64,000 bases of DNA, taken from NCBI RefSeq assembly GCF_009914755.1, contig NC_060947.1; one strand, 5' to 3'. Made by a program: the position numbers and the translations under genes. Source of the DNA: the human T2T-CHM13v2.0 reference genome, Homo sapiens. A model generated the notes under the pieces. That model was not told the DNA's origin. It did not search any database and saw nothing but the letters and a program-made list of their open reading frames with translations. Position 1 is the stretch's first letter. Every line of letters starts with the position of its first letter. Shown here in pieces: positions 63,455 to 64,000 of this stretch.

Positions 63455-64000
63455 TTTACTTATAGAATATATAGAATAAATTCATAGGCTATATGTAGAA
63501 TGAATAAATATAGAATACATTCCTTGAGGTAGAATTTCTAGATCAATGAATATGGCACTATCACTTTTGATTGGCCATGAGGAAGCTCTATCCAGTGATC
63601 TCTTGAACACTGTGGCTGTGAGCCATCCCCTTCCTCAGAGTCTCTGCTGTTGCTATCAAGGGCAACTGTTTCACTTGCAGAATCCTCCCTCTTGTTTTCT
63701 GGAGTATGTGATAAAACATCTTGTCTAGTGGATTTGTATAAATCCTTCACGGAGAATGCTTTGTATATGTGGTGTAATGTGGCTGGTTCAACTTTTTTTT
63801 TTCACAATCTTTTACTTGTCATCATAATCCTCTGCTGACTTTCTGGCATCTTCCTTCTTTTCCTCTGTTTCCTTCTCTTCCCTCCTCCTCCTCCACTACC
63901 ACCAGACTTCATATAATTTCACCCATTAAAAGGACACTTTTTTTTCCTTTTCTTTTTCTTCTCCTCCTCCTCTTCATTTCAACTCCACTAGGCTACAGTT

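Overview
Human (or very close hominid) Xq13.1 genomic DNA. The + strand carries the 3' end of TAF1: the distal part of intron 32, coding exons 33-38 (end of bromodomain 2 plus the acidic tail), the 6-nt neuronal microexon 34', the 102-nt alternative exon 35', and an approximately 1.95 kb 3'UTR ending near 26085. Downstream is Alu/L1/LTR-dense DNA holding the ING1-derived retrocopy INGX (- strand, CpG-rich) and a decayed HERV9/LTR12 provirus (- strand, 54742-62599). Intron 32 contains an antisense, apparently full-length SVA (11568-13252). It also contains, near 600-640, what I recognise from memory as the empty target site of the X-linked dystonia-parkinsonism (XDP) SVA insertion, which lies in a perfect hairpin at the tail of a U13 snoRNA retrocopy. 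Almost all ORFs in the supplied track are repeat-derived. I found no wholly new gene system. The most interesting signals are: (i) an L1 3' transduction from an element lacking its own polyA signal; (ii) several fold-back or template-switch scars; (iii) a 22-nt non-SVA leader inside the SVA TSDs; (iv) a cluster of cassette, cryptic and tandem-donor splice options that remodel the TAF1 tail, including a WDR5-binding-like motif in exon 35'; (v) LTR12 promoters pointing at INGX. Family and subfamily names and exon numbers come from recalled sequences, not from searches.
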